A stretch of 64,000 nucleotides of DNA from an uncultured Anaerolineales bacterium (GTDB lineage: Bacteria > Chloroflexota > Anaerolineae > Epilineales > Epilineaceae). Of the stretch, positions 1-10,140 are shown piece after piece. The position numbers and the translations under genes were made by a program. How positions within the stretch are numbered: position 1 is the first letter of the stretch; the number at the start of each line of letters is the position of its first letter. The stretch spans positions 514 to 64,513 of the forward strand of contig CAZJWJ010000008.1 of assembly GCA_964549495.1 (NCBI GenBank), in the 5' to 3' direction. The notes under the pieces were generated by a model. It made no database searches. It saw only the letters and a list, made by a program, of their open reading frames with translations, and was not told where the DNA came from.

Positions 1-1
1 C

Positions 2-1036
2 TTGCAGGATGAGGTGGTGATGGCGCGCTACTGTCAGAAGGTCAATCGGCTGGAGCGGGGCGGCTGGACGATGGACTACTTGCTGACGCCCTCGGATGGG
101 CTGGAGGTTCGGGATCTGCGCTTCGAGGGCCGGCCGGTCCTGACCAGCGCCAAGTTGGTCGACTGGCATGTCAGCTATTCCAGAGAGGATGGCTTTGGCT
201 ATAGCGACGCCACGGGCTGTCCGCAGTTCAGCAGTGCCTCGGTGGTGGCCTTCGACGGCCCGAAGGTCGAGTCCCTGGAGGGAGACAGGGAACTCGATAT
301 GGTTGAGGATCGCAGCGAGGCTCGAGCTGAAAACACAGCAGAGGACGCGGCAGAAGACGGAATGGGGGTCGAGGACGAGAGCCTGGAGGCGGGCGAGCGG
401 GGATTCGCGCTGGTGCAGGATTTTCGGAGCGAGCAGTGGCCCATGCCCTGTAACTACCGGTATGTGCAGCGCTTCGAGTTCTACGCGGATGGTGGCTTGC
501 GGGTGGGGGGAGCGAATATCGGGCGGGGCTGTGGCAACGATGGGACCTATCGGCCGGTCCTGCGCATCCAGCCAGCGGGAGCTGGGTTCGAGCGTCTGGA
601 GAGACTCGAGACCGAGGGTGGATGGCAACCGGTGGAGGAGGAAGGCTACTGGAAGCTGGAAGCGCTTGCTTTGGACGAGGCGGGGCGGACGCTGCGGTGG
701 GTGGATTCGGGAGGAGAGGGCTATGCGATGCAGCCCGGGCTGGATGACGGGGGCTGGGTCTATGTGACCGCGTCGAAGGCCGAGGAGGGCGAGGGGGATC
801 TACTCACCATCGGGTCTTGCTGCAACAGCGATCATCGGCAGGGGCCGGAGAAGTTCATCGAGCCCGAGGTCATCGGGGCGGATGAGCGGCCGGTGATCTG
901 GGTGGTGGCGGAGCTGGAGAACGACGATCGGCCCGGTCGGGAGCGCTGTTGGGTCGAGACGGTCTTGGAGGGCGGGCTGCCTCGCAATGTGGAGTACCCT
1001 TGTTACTTCGGCCCCCGCTTCGAGCCCCTGCGCTGA
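2..1036 (+). CDS. 3' part of a larger gene (open to window edge); hypothetical protein with weak copper-amine-oxidase-like signature
   Basis: The frame is open from position 2 with no upstream stop and ends at the stop at 1034-1036. The segment WPMPCNYRYVQRFEFYADGGLRVGG resembles the N-Y-(D/E)-Y topaquinone-site strand of copper amine oxidases (recall-based, not searched). There is an acidic insert, DMVEDRSEARAENTAEDAAEDGMGVEDESLEAGE. Confidence 0.35.
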   Translation: MQDEVVMARYCQKVNRLERGGWTMDYLLTPSDGLEVRDLRFEGRPVLTSAKLVDWHVSYSREDGFGYSDATGCPQFSSASVVAFDGPKVESLEGDRELDMVEDRSEARAENTAEDAAEDGMGVEDESLEAGERGFALVQDFRSEQWPMPCNYRYVQRFEFYADGGLRVGGANIGRGCGNDGTYRPVLRIQPAGAGFERLERLETEGGWQPVEEEGYWKLEALALDEAGRTLRWVDSGGEGYAMQPGLDDGGWVYVTASKAEEGEGDLLTIGSCCNSDHRQGPEKFIEPEVIGADERPVIWVVAELENDDRPGRERCWVETVLEGGLPRNVEYPCYFGPRFEPLR

Positions 1037-1084
1037 TCTCGGCTCGAGACCGTCAGGACCCTTCGGTGAAGAGAGGAGGACGCG

Positions 1085-1915
1085 ATGCCCGAGCTGCCCG
1101 AGGTAGAGACCTATGCCCGCGATCTGTCGGGCCGGCTGACCGGCCGGCGCTTCACCGGTGCGCGGGTCGATTGGCCGCGGCAGCTGCCCAGGAACACGCC
1201 GGAGGAGTTGGATCGGCGGATCCGGGGGCAGCGGGTCGAGGCGGTGGGCCGGCGCGGCAAGTACATCGTGATGGATTTGAGCGAGGACCGGCTGCTGGTG
1301 CATCTGAAGATGAGCGGGCGCCTGCAGATCGCACCGGCCTCGGCGCCGGACAACCCGCATGCCCACGTGGTGCTGGGCATGGACGAAGGGGAGGAGCTGC
1401 GCTTTCACGACCCGCGCAAGTTCGGGCGGGTCTACCTCCTGGCCGATGCCTCGCCGCTGCTGGGCGATCTGGGGCCCGAGCCCTTGGATCCGGGCTTCGA
1501 CGTCGAGCTCTTTCGCGAGCGGCTGGCCGGGCGGCGAGGGCGGCTCAAGCCGCTCTTGCTGGATCAGCGTTTCCTGGCCGGCCTGGGCAACATCTACGTC
1601 GACGAGTCGCTGTGGCAGGCGCGGCTGCACCCGCTGCGCAGCGCCGACAGCCTGAGCGCCGCGGAACAGGCGGCGCTGCACGCAGCCATCGTGGACGTGC
1701 TGGGCCGGGCGGTCGAGGCCCGGGGGACCTCCTTCTCGGAGGCCGGCTATCGGGATCTGACGGGCAACATGGGCGAGATGCAGGGCAGCTTGCAGGTCTT
1801 TCGGCGGCAGGGAGAGCCCTGTCCGGCCTGCGGGACGCCCATCGAGCGGATGACCGTCGGCCAGCGCGGGACGCATATCTGCCCGCACTGCCAGGCGGCA
1901 CCGCGCGGCACTTGA
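1085..1915 (+). CDS. mutM: formamidopyrimidine-DNA glycosylase (Fpg/MutM)
   Basis: N-terminus MPELPEVET (catalytic Pro2/Glu3), H2TH region, and a C-terminal zinc finger CPACGTPIERMTVGQRGTHICPHCQ. ATG at 1085. Confidence 0.95.
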   Translation: MPELPEVETYARDLSGRLTGRRFTGARVDWPRQLPRNTPEELDRRIRGQRVEAVGRRGKYIVMDLSEDRLLVHLKMSGRLQIAPASAPDNPHAHVVLGMDEGEELRFHDPRKFGRVYLLADASPLLGDLGPEPLDPGFDVELFRERLAGRRGRLKPLLLDQRFLAGLGNIYVDESLWQARLHPLRSADSLSAAEQAALHAAIVDVLGRAVEARGTSFSEAGYRDLTGNMGEMQGSLQVFRRQGEPCPACGTPIERMTVGQRGTHICPHCQAAPRGT

Positions 1916-1997
1916 CGCCGCAGACCGGATCGCCTATTCTCTGGTTATTGATTTATTAAGCGCGGCGCCAGCCGCCCGCTCGCCCGAGGGAAGGCGC

Positions 1998-3125
1998 ATG
2001 TCCGGCTCGAAGCTCAACCCCGCCCGCATTCCGGGTCGCATCATCCTGGCGCTGGGGCTCCTCATGCTGCTGGCGGTCTCTTGCGGCATCGACACCGGCG
2101 AGGAGCGGCTCGAGCTCGAGCAGAGCGCCCGGCGGGTCGAGAGCGTGCTGGCCACCGTCTCGCGGGTGCTGCCGGCCATCCCGGTCGACATCGGCCAGGA
2201 CGGGCGGGTCGAGCGCATCGCCAACTTCCCGGCCGCGACGGTCAACGATTTCTTCGAGGACCTGACCGGCACGCCCCTGGTCGGCCGCATCGTCTTCATC
2301 GACGAGGACGGGCTGCGCTGGCTGGACCGGTCCAACATCCAGCATGTCACGGTCTTGCCGCGCCCCCAGGGGCTCTTCCTCCTGGCCAATGGCAAGCCCC
2401 TGCCGCACATTGCCTGGAACGAGGCGACGCTGGACAACCTGGTCGACTTGATCGGACGCTTTCAGGACGACGGCCGGGAGGCCTTCAGCCTGATGTCGCC
2501 GGAGACCTTCGAGGCCCTCGAGGTGCTGATGCCCATCGCCAGCCGGATCGATCTGCGCTTCGACTTCCGCTTTCCGGACATCGCCGGCGTCGGACCCAGC
2601 GATCGCCAGCCCATCCCGCTGCCCAGTCGCCGGACGGTCAATACCCTGCGCGATGCCTCGCGCTTGGAGACTCCCCCGCTGCAATCGGTCGACTTCCAGC
2701 TCTCCTTCAAGCCCTTCGAGGTCGACGGCGAGCAGGGCTGGGTGCCGGCCTTCTTCGGCTTCAGCACGCTGGACCTGCAGCGCCTGATCGACGGCCTGGA
2801 GTTGGACGCCGACGGTGAGGTCGAGGTGCCGCGCATGGTCCTGCGCGAGGATCTGCGCGCGCGCATCGAGGCCGAGAACATCCGGCATGTGGCCCTCGAG
2901 ATGCGCCACGATGGGCTCTTTGCCCGCGTGGACGGCGCGCTGTTGCCGCACCTGGCCTGGAGCGAGGAGAGCCTGACCAACCTCAGCGCGCTGCTCCAGC
3001 AGATCTACCCGGGCCGCGACGAGGAGCTACCGGCCGACGCGGCCTGGGTCCCCCTGGTGCGCAACACGGCGCCGATGTACAACGACTACGAGCTGGCGCT
3101 GCAACTCTCCTTCCCCGCGCGCTGA
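1998..3125 (+). CDS. hypothetical lipoprotein with internal duplication
   Basis: Signal peptide plus lipobox (LLMLLAVSCG). GAGGGAAGG lies upstream of the ATG at 1998. Two related segments are present: NIQHVTVLPRPQGLFLLANGKPLPHIAWNEATLDNL and NIRHVALEMRHDGLFARVDGALLPHLAWSEESLTNL. Confidence 0.6.
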   Translation: MSGSKLNPARIPGRIILALGLLMLLAVSCGIDTGEERLELEQSARRVESVLATVSRVLPAIPVDIGQDGRVERIANFPAATVNDFFEDLTGTPLVGRIVFIDEDGLRWLDRSNIQHVTVLPRPQGLFLLANGKPLPHIAWNEATLDNLVDLIGRFQDDGREAFSLMSPETFEALEVLMPIASRIDLRFDFRFPDIAGVGPSDRQPIPLPSRRTVNTLRDASRLETPPLQSVDFQLSFKPFEVDGEQGWVPAFFGFSTLDLQRLIDGLELDADGEVEVPRMVLREDLRARIEAENIRHVALEMRHDGLFARVDGALLPHLAWSEESLTNLSALLQQIYPGRDEELPADAAWVPLVRNTAPMYNDYELALQLSFPAR

Positions 3126-3383
3126 CGGCGATGTAGCACCCCGTTGAATTGGGCCGCGTTCGCAAGACGCGGCCTGGGCACCGGATTGGGGCTCGTCGAG
3201 GAATGGGATCCCTCACTCGGGAACCCTCGAGCCCGTCCTTGCCTCCAAGCTGCTGAAGGACCGGTCGTCGCTTCCTGCTACCATGCAGATTGCCGGCGCG
3301 ACCATTCGGGCTCGCAGGTCGGGTTGCCCCTGCGCTGCCAGCCCGGTCGAGACCACAGAGCTTCAGCAAGCGAGGGATGCAAG

Positions 3384-4799
3384 ATGCTGTTCGAACGATT
3401 CGAGGATTCCGGTCTATCGCATTACTCCTACATGATCGGCTGCCAAGCCAAGGGCGAGGCGCTGATCGTCGACCCGCGGCGCGATGTCGACGTCTACATC
3501 GACTTCGCCGAGCAGAACGAGATGAAGATCGTCGGCATCCTGGAGACCCACATCCACGCCGACTTCGCCTCGGGCGCGCGCGAGCTGGGCCAGATCACCG
3601 GCGCGCCGATCTACGAGTCCAAGCACGATGCCGGCGAGGTCTTCGAGGTCCAGTTCCCGCACGTCGACATCGACGACGGGAGCGTGATCCGCGTCGGCCG
3701 CATCCGGGTCGAGGCGCTGCACACGCCGGGCCATACGCCCGAGCACATGTCCTTCCTGGTCTACGACGAGCCGCGCAGCGAGGAGGTGCCGATGCTCCTG
3801 CTCACCGGCGACTTCCTCTTCGTGGGCTCGATCGGCCGGCCGGACCTGCTGGGCGAGGACGCCAAGATCGCGCTGGCCCACCAGCTCTACGGCAGCGTCC
3901 AGAAGATCCGCTCCCTGCCCGATAGTCTGGAGATCCACCCGGCCCACGGCGCGGGCTCGATGTGCGGCGCCGGCATCAGCGGCCGGCCGCTCTCGACCCT
4001 GGGCTTCGAGCGCATCGCCAACCCCTACCTGGACCCCTCGCTGGACGAGGAGGCCTTCGTGGCCAAGGTCCTGGGCACGGTGCCGCCCTTCCCCGACTAC
4101 TACCGCCGCATGAAGCAGGTCAACTCCGACGGCGCGCCCATCCTGGACGGCCTGCCGGGCATGATCCCGCTGGGCGTCGAGACGGTGTCCGAGCTGGACG
4201 ACGAGGGCGCCCTGATCGTCGACTTGCGCGACCAGGCGGCCTTCGGCCAGGGCCACATCGAGGGCGCCTACGGCATCGGCGCCGGCGAGGCTGCCGGCAG
4301 CTTCTCCAAGTGGGCCTCCTGGGTCCTGCCCTACGACACGCCCATCGTCCTGATCGCCGAGGCCGGCGACCTGGCGACCGTCGAGCGGGCGGTGCGCGGC
4401 CTGATCCGCGTCCAGCTCGACGGGGTGGTCGGCTACCTGGAGGGCGGCATGCAGGCCTGGCTGGACGCCGGCATGCCCCGGCAGGATCTGGAGCAGATCG
4501 ACCCGGGACAGCTCGAGGCCATGCTCGCCGAGGGCAGCCTGCAGCTGATCGACGTGCGCGAGGTCGGCGAGTACGAGGAAGGCCACATCGAGGGCGCGCT
4601 GAACATCATCGCCGGCGAGATGCCCAAGCGCCTGGACGAGGTGCCCAACGGAGACCGGCAGCTGGCGGTCATCTGCGGCTCGGGCTACCGCTCGACCGTG
4701 GCGGCCAGCGTCCTGCAGCGCTCCGGTTTCGAGAAGGTTCTCAACGTGGCCGGCGGCATGAAGGCCTGGCAGCGCGAGTCGCGGCCGGTCGTCGAATAG
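3384..4799 (+). CDS. MBL-fold hydrolase (persulfide-dioxygenase-like) fused to two rhodanese domains
   Basis: Start chosen at the ATG at 3384 (GAGGGA upstream); the 80-aa extension in the track is Arg/Pro-rich junk. Metallo-beta-lactamase motif ETHIHADF...HTPGHTPEH. Two C-terminal rhodanese folds, the second with the active-site loop CGSGYRS. Confidence 0.85.
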   Translation: MLFERFEDSGLSHYSYMIGCQAKGEALIVDPRRDVDVYIDFAEQNEMKIVGILETHIHADFASGARELGQITGAPIYESKHDAGEVFEVQFPHVDIDDGSVIRVGRIRVEALHTPGHTPEHMSFLVYDEPRSEEVPMLLLTGDFLFVGSIGRPDLLGEDAKIALAHQLYGSVQKIRSLPDSLEIHPAHGAGSMCGAGISGRPLSTLGFERIANPYLDPSLDEEAFVAKVLGTVPPFPDYYRRMKQVNSDGAPILDGLPGMIPLGVETVSELDDEGALIVDLRDQAAFGQGHIEGAYGIGAGEAAGSFSKWASWVLPYDTPIVLIAEAGDLATVERAVRGLIRVQLDGVVGYLEGGMQAWLDAGMPRQDLEQIDPGQLEAMLAEGSLQLIDVREVGEYEEGHIEGALNIIAGEMPKRLDEVPNGDRQLAVICGSGYRSTVAASVLQRSGFEKVLNVAGGMKAWQRESRPVVE

Positions 4800-4872
4800 G
4801 GCCTCCAAACCATCCGGAAGACCGCGGGCCGGATCGATCGATCCGGCCCGCTCTCGTTCCGGATTCTCGACC

Positions 4873-6618
4873 ATGAACACACCGACTGAAGACCGCCGGG
4901 CATTCCCCGAGCCGGCCGGCTACGCGCGCGAGGACCTGGCGGCCGATCTGGTCGCCGGCACCATCGTGGCCATCATGCTGGTGCCCCAGGGCATGGCCTA
5001 CGCGCTCCTGGCCGGATTGCCGCCCCAGGTCGGCTTGTACGCCAGCATCCTGCCCTTGGCGGCCTACGCCCTCTTGGGCAGCAGCCGCACGCTGGCGGTG
5101 GGTCCGGTGGCCATCGTCTCGCTCCTCGTGGCCACCGGGGCCGGCGCGCTGGCCGAGCCGGGAAGCGGGGAGTACCTCGGCCTGGCCCTGACCCTGGCCC
5201 TGCTCTCGGGCCTCATCCAGTTCGGGATGGGCCTGGCGCGCCTGGGGCATATCGTCGATTTCATGAGCCATCCGGTGATCTCCGGCTTCACCAGCGCCGC
5301 CGCGCTGACCATCGGCATCAGCCAGCTGAAGACCCTCTTGGGCTTGCAGCTGCCGCGGGCCGAGCGCAGCTGGGAGCAGCTGCGGTTGATCCTGGAGCAT
5401 CTCGGCGCGACGGTGGCGCCGACCCTGGGCATCGGCATCGGCGCGATCGCGATCCTGCTCTGGTCGCGCGAGCCCTTGCGCCGCCGGCTCGAGCGCTCGC
5501 GCCTGCCGCGCGCCTGGCGTCTGCCGCTGGCCAAGGCCGGCCCGCTGGCCGCCGTGGTCCTGGGCATCCTGGCCTACCGGCTGCTGCCCGATCCGCTGGC
5601 GGCCCGGGTGGCGGTGGTCGGCCAGATCCCGGCCGGCCTGCCGTCGCCGACGATGCCGCCCCTGGACCTCGAGCTCTGGCGCAGCCTCTTGCCCAGCGCC
5701 TTGGTCATCAGCTTCGTGGGCTTCCTCGAGAGCTTCGCGGTGGCCAAGTCGCTGGCCACGCGGCGCCGCGAGCACATCGACGCCAACCGCGAGCTCTTGG
5801 CCCTGGGCACGGCCAACCTGGCGGCGGCCTTCAGCGGCGGCTACCCGGTCACCGGCGGCTTCAGCCGCTCGGTGGTCAACTTCGACGCCGGGGCGCGCAG
5901 CCGCCTGGCCTCGCTGGTCACCGCCGGCCTGGTGGCCCTGACGGTCGGCCTCCTGACGCCGCTGCTGCGCGATCTGCCGCGGGCGGTGCTGGCGGCCATC
6001 GTCATCGTGGCGGTGGCCAAGCTGGTCGATTGGGCCACCCTGCGCTGGACCTGGCGCTACAATCGGGCCGACGGCCTGGCCTTGCTGGTCACCTTCCTGC
6101 TCACCCTCGGCCTGGGCGTCGAGCTGGGCGTAGCCATCGGCGCCGGCCTGGCCCTGGCCCTGCACGTCTGGCGCAGCAGCCGCCCCCACGTGGCGGTGGT
6201 CGGCCGCGTGCCGGGCAGCGAGCATTACCGAAACGTCGAGCGCCACGCGGTCGAGACCGATCCGGAGGTGCTGGCCGTGCGCATCGACGAGAGCCTCTAC
6301 TTTCCCAACGCGCAGTGGCTGGAGTCGGTGCTGCAGGCGGGCATCGCGCGCCGGCCGCAGGTTCGGCACCTGCTCTTGATCTTCAGCGCGGTCAATTTCG
6401 TCGACGCCAGCGCGCTGGAGGCCCTCGAGCGCTGTATCGAGGGGCTGGCCGAGGCCGGCGTCCAGACCCACCTGGCCGAGGTCAAAGGCCCGGTGATGGA
6501 CCGCTTCGAGCGGGTCGACTTCCCCCAACGGCTGGCCCAGCAGGGCGGCCGGATCTTTCTGAGCACCCACGAAGCCATGCAAGCGCTTGGAGGACAACGA
6601 GCGCTGCCAATCCAATAG
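4873..6618 (+). CDS. SulP-family anion permease with C-terminal STAS domain
   Basis: 581 aa and multi-TM, with typical SulP blocks (VPQGMAYALLAGLPP, SRTLAVGP, GGYPVTGGFSRSVVN) and a STAS-like C-terminus. Confidence 0.9.
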   Translation: MNTPTEDRRAFPEPAGYAREDLAADLVAGTIVAIMLVPQGMAYALLAGLPPQVGLYASILPLAAYALLGSSRTLAVGPVAIVSLLVATGAGALAEPGSGEYLGLALTLALLSGLIQFGMGLARLGHIVDFMSHPVISGFTSAAALTIGISQLKTLLGLQLPRAERSWEQLRLILEHLGATVAPTLGIGIGAIAILLWSREPLRRRLERSRLPRAWRLPLAKAGPLAAVVLGILAYRLLPDPLAARVAVVGQIPAGLPSPTMPPLDLELWRSLLPSALVISFVGFLESFAVAKSLATRRREHIDANRELLALGTANLAAAFSGGYPVTGGFSRSVVNFDAGARSRLASLVTAGLVALTVGLLTPLLRDLPRAVLAAIVIVAVAKLVDWATLRWTWRYNRADGLALLVTFLLTLGLGVELGVAIGAGLALALHVWRSSRPHVAVVGRVPGSEHYRNVERHAVETDPEVLAVRIDESLYFPNAQWLESVLQAGIARRPQVRHLLLIFSAVNFVDASALEALERCIEGLAEAGVQTHLAEVKGPVMDRFERVDFPQRLAQQGGRIFLSTHEAMQALGGQRALPIQ

Positions 6619-6632
6619 GAGCCAATTCCCGC

Positions 6633-7151
6633 ATGAAGCCCACGCGACCGACGATCGCCATTCCCATCCACATCGAGCGCGCCCTGCGCATCATCCCGCT
6701 GATCTTCTTGCTGGCCGCGACCGGCTGTCGCCAGACCGCGCCACCGGACGCGGCCGATGGATCGGCCGGTGACGCGCCGGCTGTCGAGCAAGCGGCCGAG
6801 GCCCCGGTCGACGAGCACGGCATGCCCTTGGTGCCGGGCACCGAGCACGAGGTCAGTGTCGAGACCACGGCCGAGATGTTGGCCTCCGGCGAGGCCTTGC
6901 TGATCGATGTCCGCGAGCCCGAGGAGTACGAGCGGGGCCACATCCCGGGCATCACCCTGATCCCGATGGACCAGGTCCAGGACCGCCTGGACGAGATTCC
7001 CGACGACCGGCCGGTGATCTTCTCCTGCCGCAGCGGCAATCGCAGCGGGCAGGTGGCCGACATGCTGCGCGAGCAGGGCTACGATCAGGTCTACAACCAG
7101 GAAGGCGGCATCCTGGCCTGGCAAGCGGCCGGGGAGCCTATCGAGCGCTGA
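6633..7151 (+). CDS. rhodanese-domain lipoprotein (sulfurtransferase)
   Basis: ATG at 6633 is in frame within the longer track ORF. Lipobox LLAATGC. Single rhodanese domain with the active-site loop CRSGNRS. Confidence 0.85.
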   Translation: MKPTRPTIAIPIHIERALRIIPLIFLLAATGCRQTAPPDAADGSAGDAPAVEQAAEAPVDEHGMPLVPGTEHEVSVETTAEMLASGEALLIDVREPEEYERGHIPGITLIPMDQVQDRLDEIPDDRPVIFSCRSGNRSGQVADMLREQGYDQVYNQEGGILAWQAAGEPIER

Positions 7152-7181
7152 AGGCTGCGGATGTGAAGTCGAGGGTAGATC

Positions 7182-7211
7182 GGCGGGCCGGGCGGGAACG
7201 CTCGGCCCGCC
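7182..7211 (+). terminator. GC-rich stem-loop downstream of the rhodanese gene
   Basis: GGCGGGCCG (7182-7190) pairs with CGGCCCGCC (7203-7211) around a 12-nt loop, 31 nt after the stop. There is no T-tract. Confidence 0.4.
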
Positions 7212-7281
7212 CTATGTCTCTCTACCCTAGAGGCAACGAATCTCCACGCCCGTCGCGGAGAGCCGCAAAGCGAGAGGCATC

Positions 7282-8455
<1,174 letters not shown>

Positions 8456-8472
<17 letters not shown>

Positions 8473-9319
8473 GGTCGGGCCCGAGGTCGGGCTGACCCTC
8501 ACCGGTCGGCAGGACGCCGGCGCGGCAGGCGCGCAGGAGGGTGTCGCGCACCTCATCGGGCAGGTCCTCCTCCCCGATGGCGCGGCAGACGTCCCGGGTC
8601 ATGTCCAGGGTCTCGTGCAGGGCCCGGCAGCGCTCGGCCAGCTCGATGTCGGGCAGCGGGAAGGGCTGGCCGCGGTCCATGGCCTCGAGCTTGATCTCGA
8701 GCAGGTCGAGGCAGACGCGGTCGGGGCCGGCCGCATCGGCCTCGATCGGCCGGGTGGGCAGCCCGGCCACCAGGACCTCGCGCAGCTTGAGCCGCGCCCG
8801 GTGGACGCGGGTCTTGACGGTGGCCGGCTTGACGTCCAGGATGCGCCCGATCTCGACCAGGCTCAAACCGAAGATATCCTTGAGGATGAGCGGCATGCGA
8901 AAGTCCGGATCGAGCTCGGACAGGGCCCGGCCCAGGACGTCGCGCGCCTCCTGGCGAAGATAGGCGGCGAAGGGCGCGCCGTGCAAGGCATCCGGATCCG
9001 GAATCCCCGCCTCGGCCGGCGGCAAGAGCTCTTCCAGGCTGGCGATGTGATCCGGCTGGCCGGCCTTGGGCCGGTGCATGCGGATGCAGACCCGCGAGGC
9101 GATGGTGAAGAGCCAGGTCTTGGGCGAGGCGCGGCCCTCGAACTGATCCCACTTGCGCCAGGCGTTGGTGAAGGTCTCCTGCACCATGTCCTGGGCGTCC
9201 TGCGGGTTGCCGCAGAGCCGGAGCCCAAGACCGTAGAGCCGGCCGCCGTAGTCCTCGATCAGCCGCTCGATGGCCTCGTCGGCCGGCAGCTCCGCCTCGG
9301 ACCGGATCTCGTCCTCCAT
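8456..9319 (-). CDS. ECF-type sigma-70 factor with ~95-aa Cys-containing C-terminal extension
   Basis: Sigma-70 region 2 (DAQDMVQETFTNAWRKWDQF) and region 4 (LSLVEIGRILDVKPATVKTRVHRARLKL), followed by the tail ...RVCLDLLEIKLEAMDRG...ERCRALHETLDMTRDVCRAI...LLRAC. The 3' end overlaps the sqr 3' end by 17 bp (convergent). Confidence 0.85.
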
Positions 9320-9410
9320 CGCACCCCCCCTCGATCGCGACCGCTCGCTTCTCGAGGCGATTCTAGCGCGGCGCGCCCGGCGGCTTCAAGCCCGCGAGGT
9401 CGATCCGACC

Positions 9411-9917
9411 TCAGTCGGTCGGCCCGGGCGGAATGTCGACGATGGTGATGTCCTCGACGTCCATGCGCCAGAGCGTCAGGATCTGGCAGTCCACCGGCGC
9501 CAGGTCCTGCACCCCCAGGACCGCCACGTGCTCGCCGGTGTAGAAGTCGAGGTTGATGCCTTCCCGGGCCGAGCGCAGCACCGCGCGGACCTCGTTGTTC
9601 GAGGCGCCCTCGGGTTTGGAGAGGATGGCGTGGGTGGCCGGGTAGCAGGCATCCCGGCCCGTCCGCGTCAGAGCGGCCACGTAGCCCGAGAGGTTGGTGG
9701 TGATGGCACCGGGGGCCAGGGCGTCGAACTGCTGCTGGGCCAGCGGCAGGTAGATCGGCTCCGGCATGGGCTGGGGGTCGATGATCGGCGTCGGCTCGTC
9801 GATGGGTGTCGGCCCCTGGGCGCGGGCCGGCAGCAGCCGGCCGGCGCCGGCAGCCGACAGGCTGGTCAGAGCCAATAGCAGGATCCAAGGGACGATGGGA
9901 CGGCGTGCGTGGGTCAT
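9411..9917 (-). CDS. hypothetical exported protein
   Basis: N-terminal signal-like sequence (PWILLLALTSLSAAGAG), Pro-rich linker, 168 aa. Same orientation as the sigma factor and upstream of it. Confidence 0.5.
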   Translation of the reverse strand: MTHARRPIVPWILLLALTSLSAAGAGRLLPARAQGPTPIDEPTPIIDPQPMPEPIYLPLAQQQFDALAPGAITTNLSGYVAALTRTGRDACYPATHAILSKPEGASNNEVRAVLRSAREGINLDFYTGEHVAVLGVQDLAPVDCQILTLWRMDVEDITIVDIPPGPTD

Positions 9918-10140
9918 TCCGAATCAAACCTCCAATCCGGGACGGGGCCTTCCAACTCACGATCCTCGCGTCGGTCGACGCACCCCGAACCCGCAGGCTC
10001 TCATTATATCCAGCCTTCCGGGCGCTCGGGTGACGCCCGGGTGACGCCAGGCCCGCGTTCAGCGTCGATGGCATGCGAATCGCGTGCGGCCGCGTGGGCG
10101 CCGGTGGCTTCCGACGGCCGGCCTTGGTATCATGCGCGGC

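Noticed and set aside
4741-6615. 624-aa minus-strand ORF opposite the SulP permease; similar cases at 800..1888, 9259..11136, 22049-22785, 42245..44104 and 47202..49301
   Set aside because: All are antisense to confidently identified genes and have biased R/G/A/P/Q composition without motifs.
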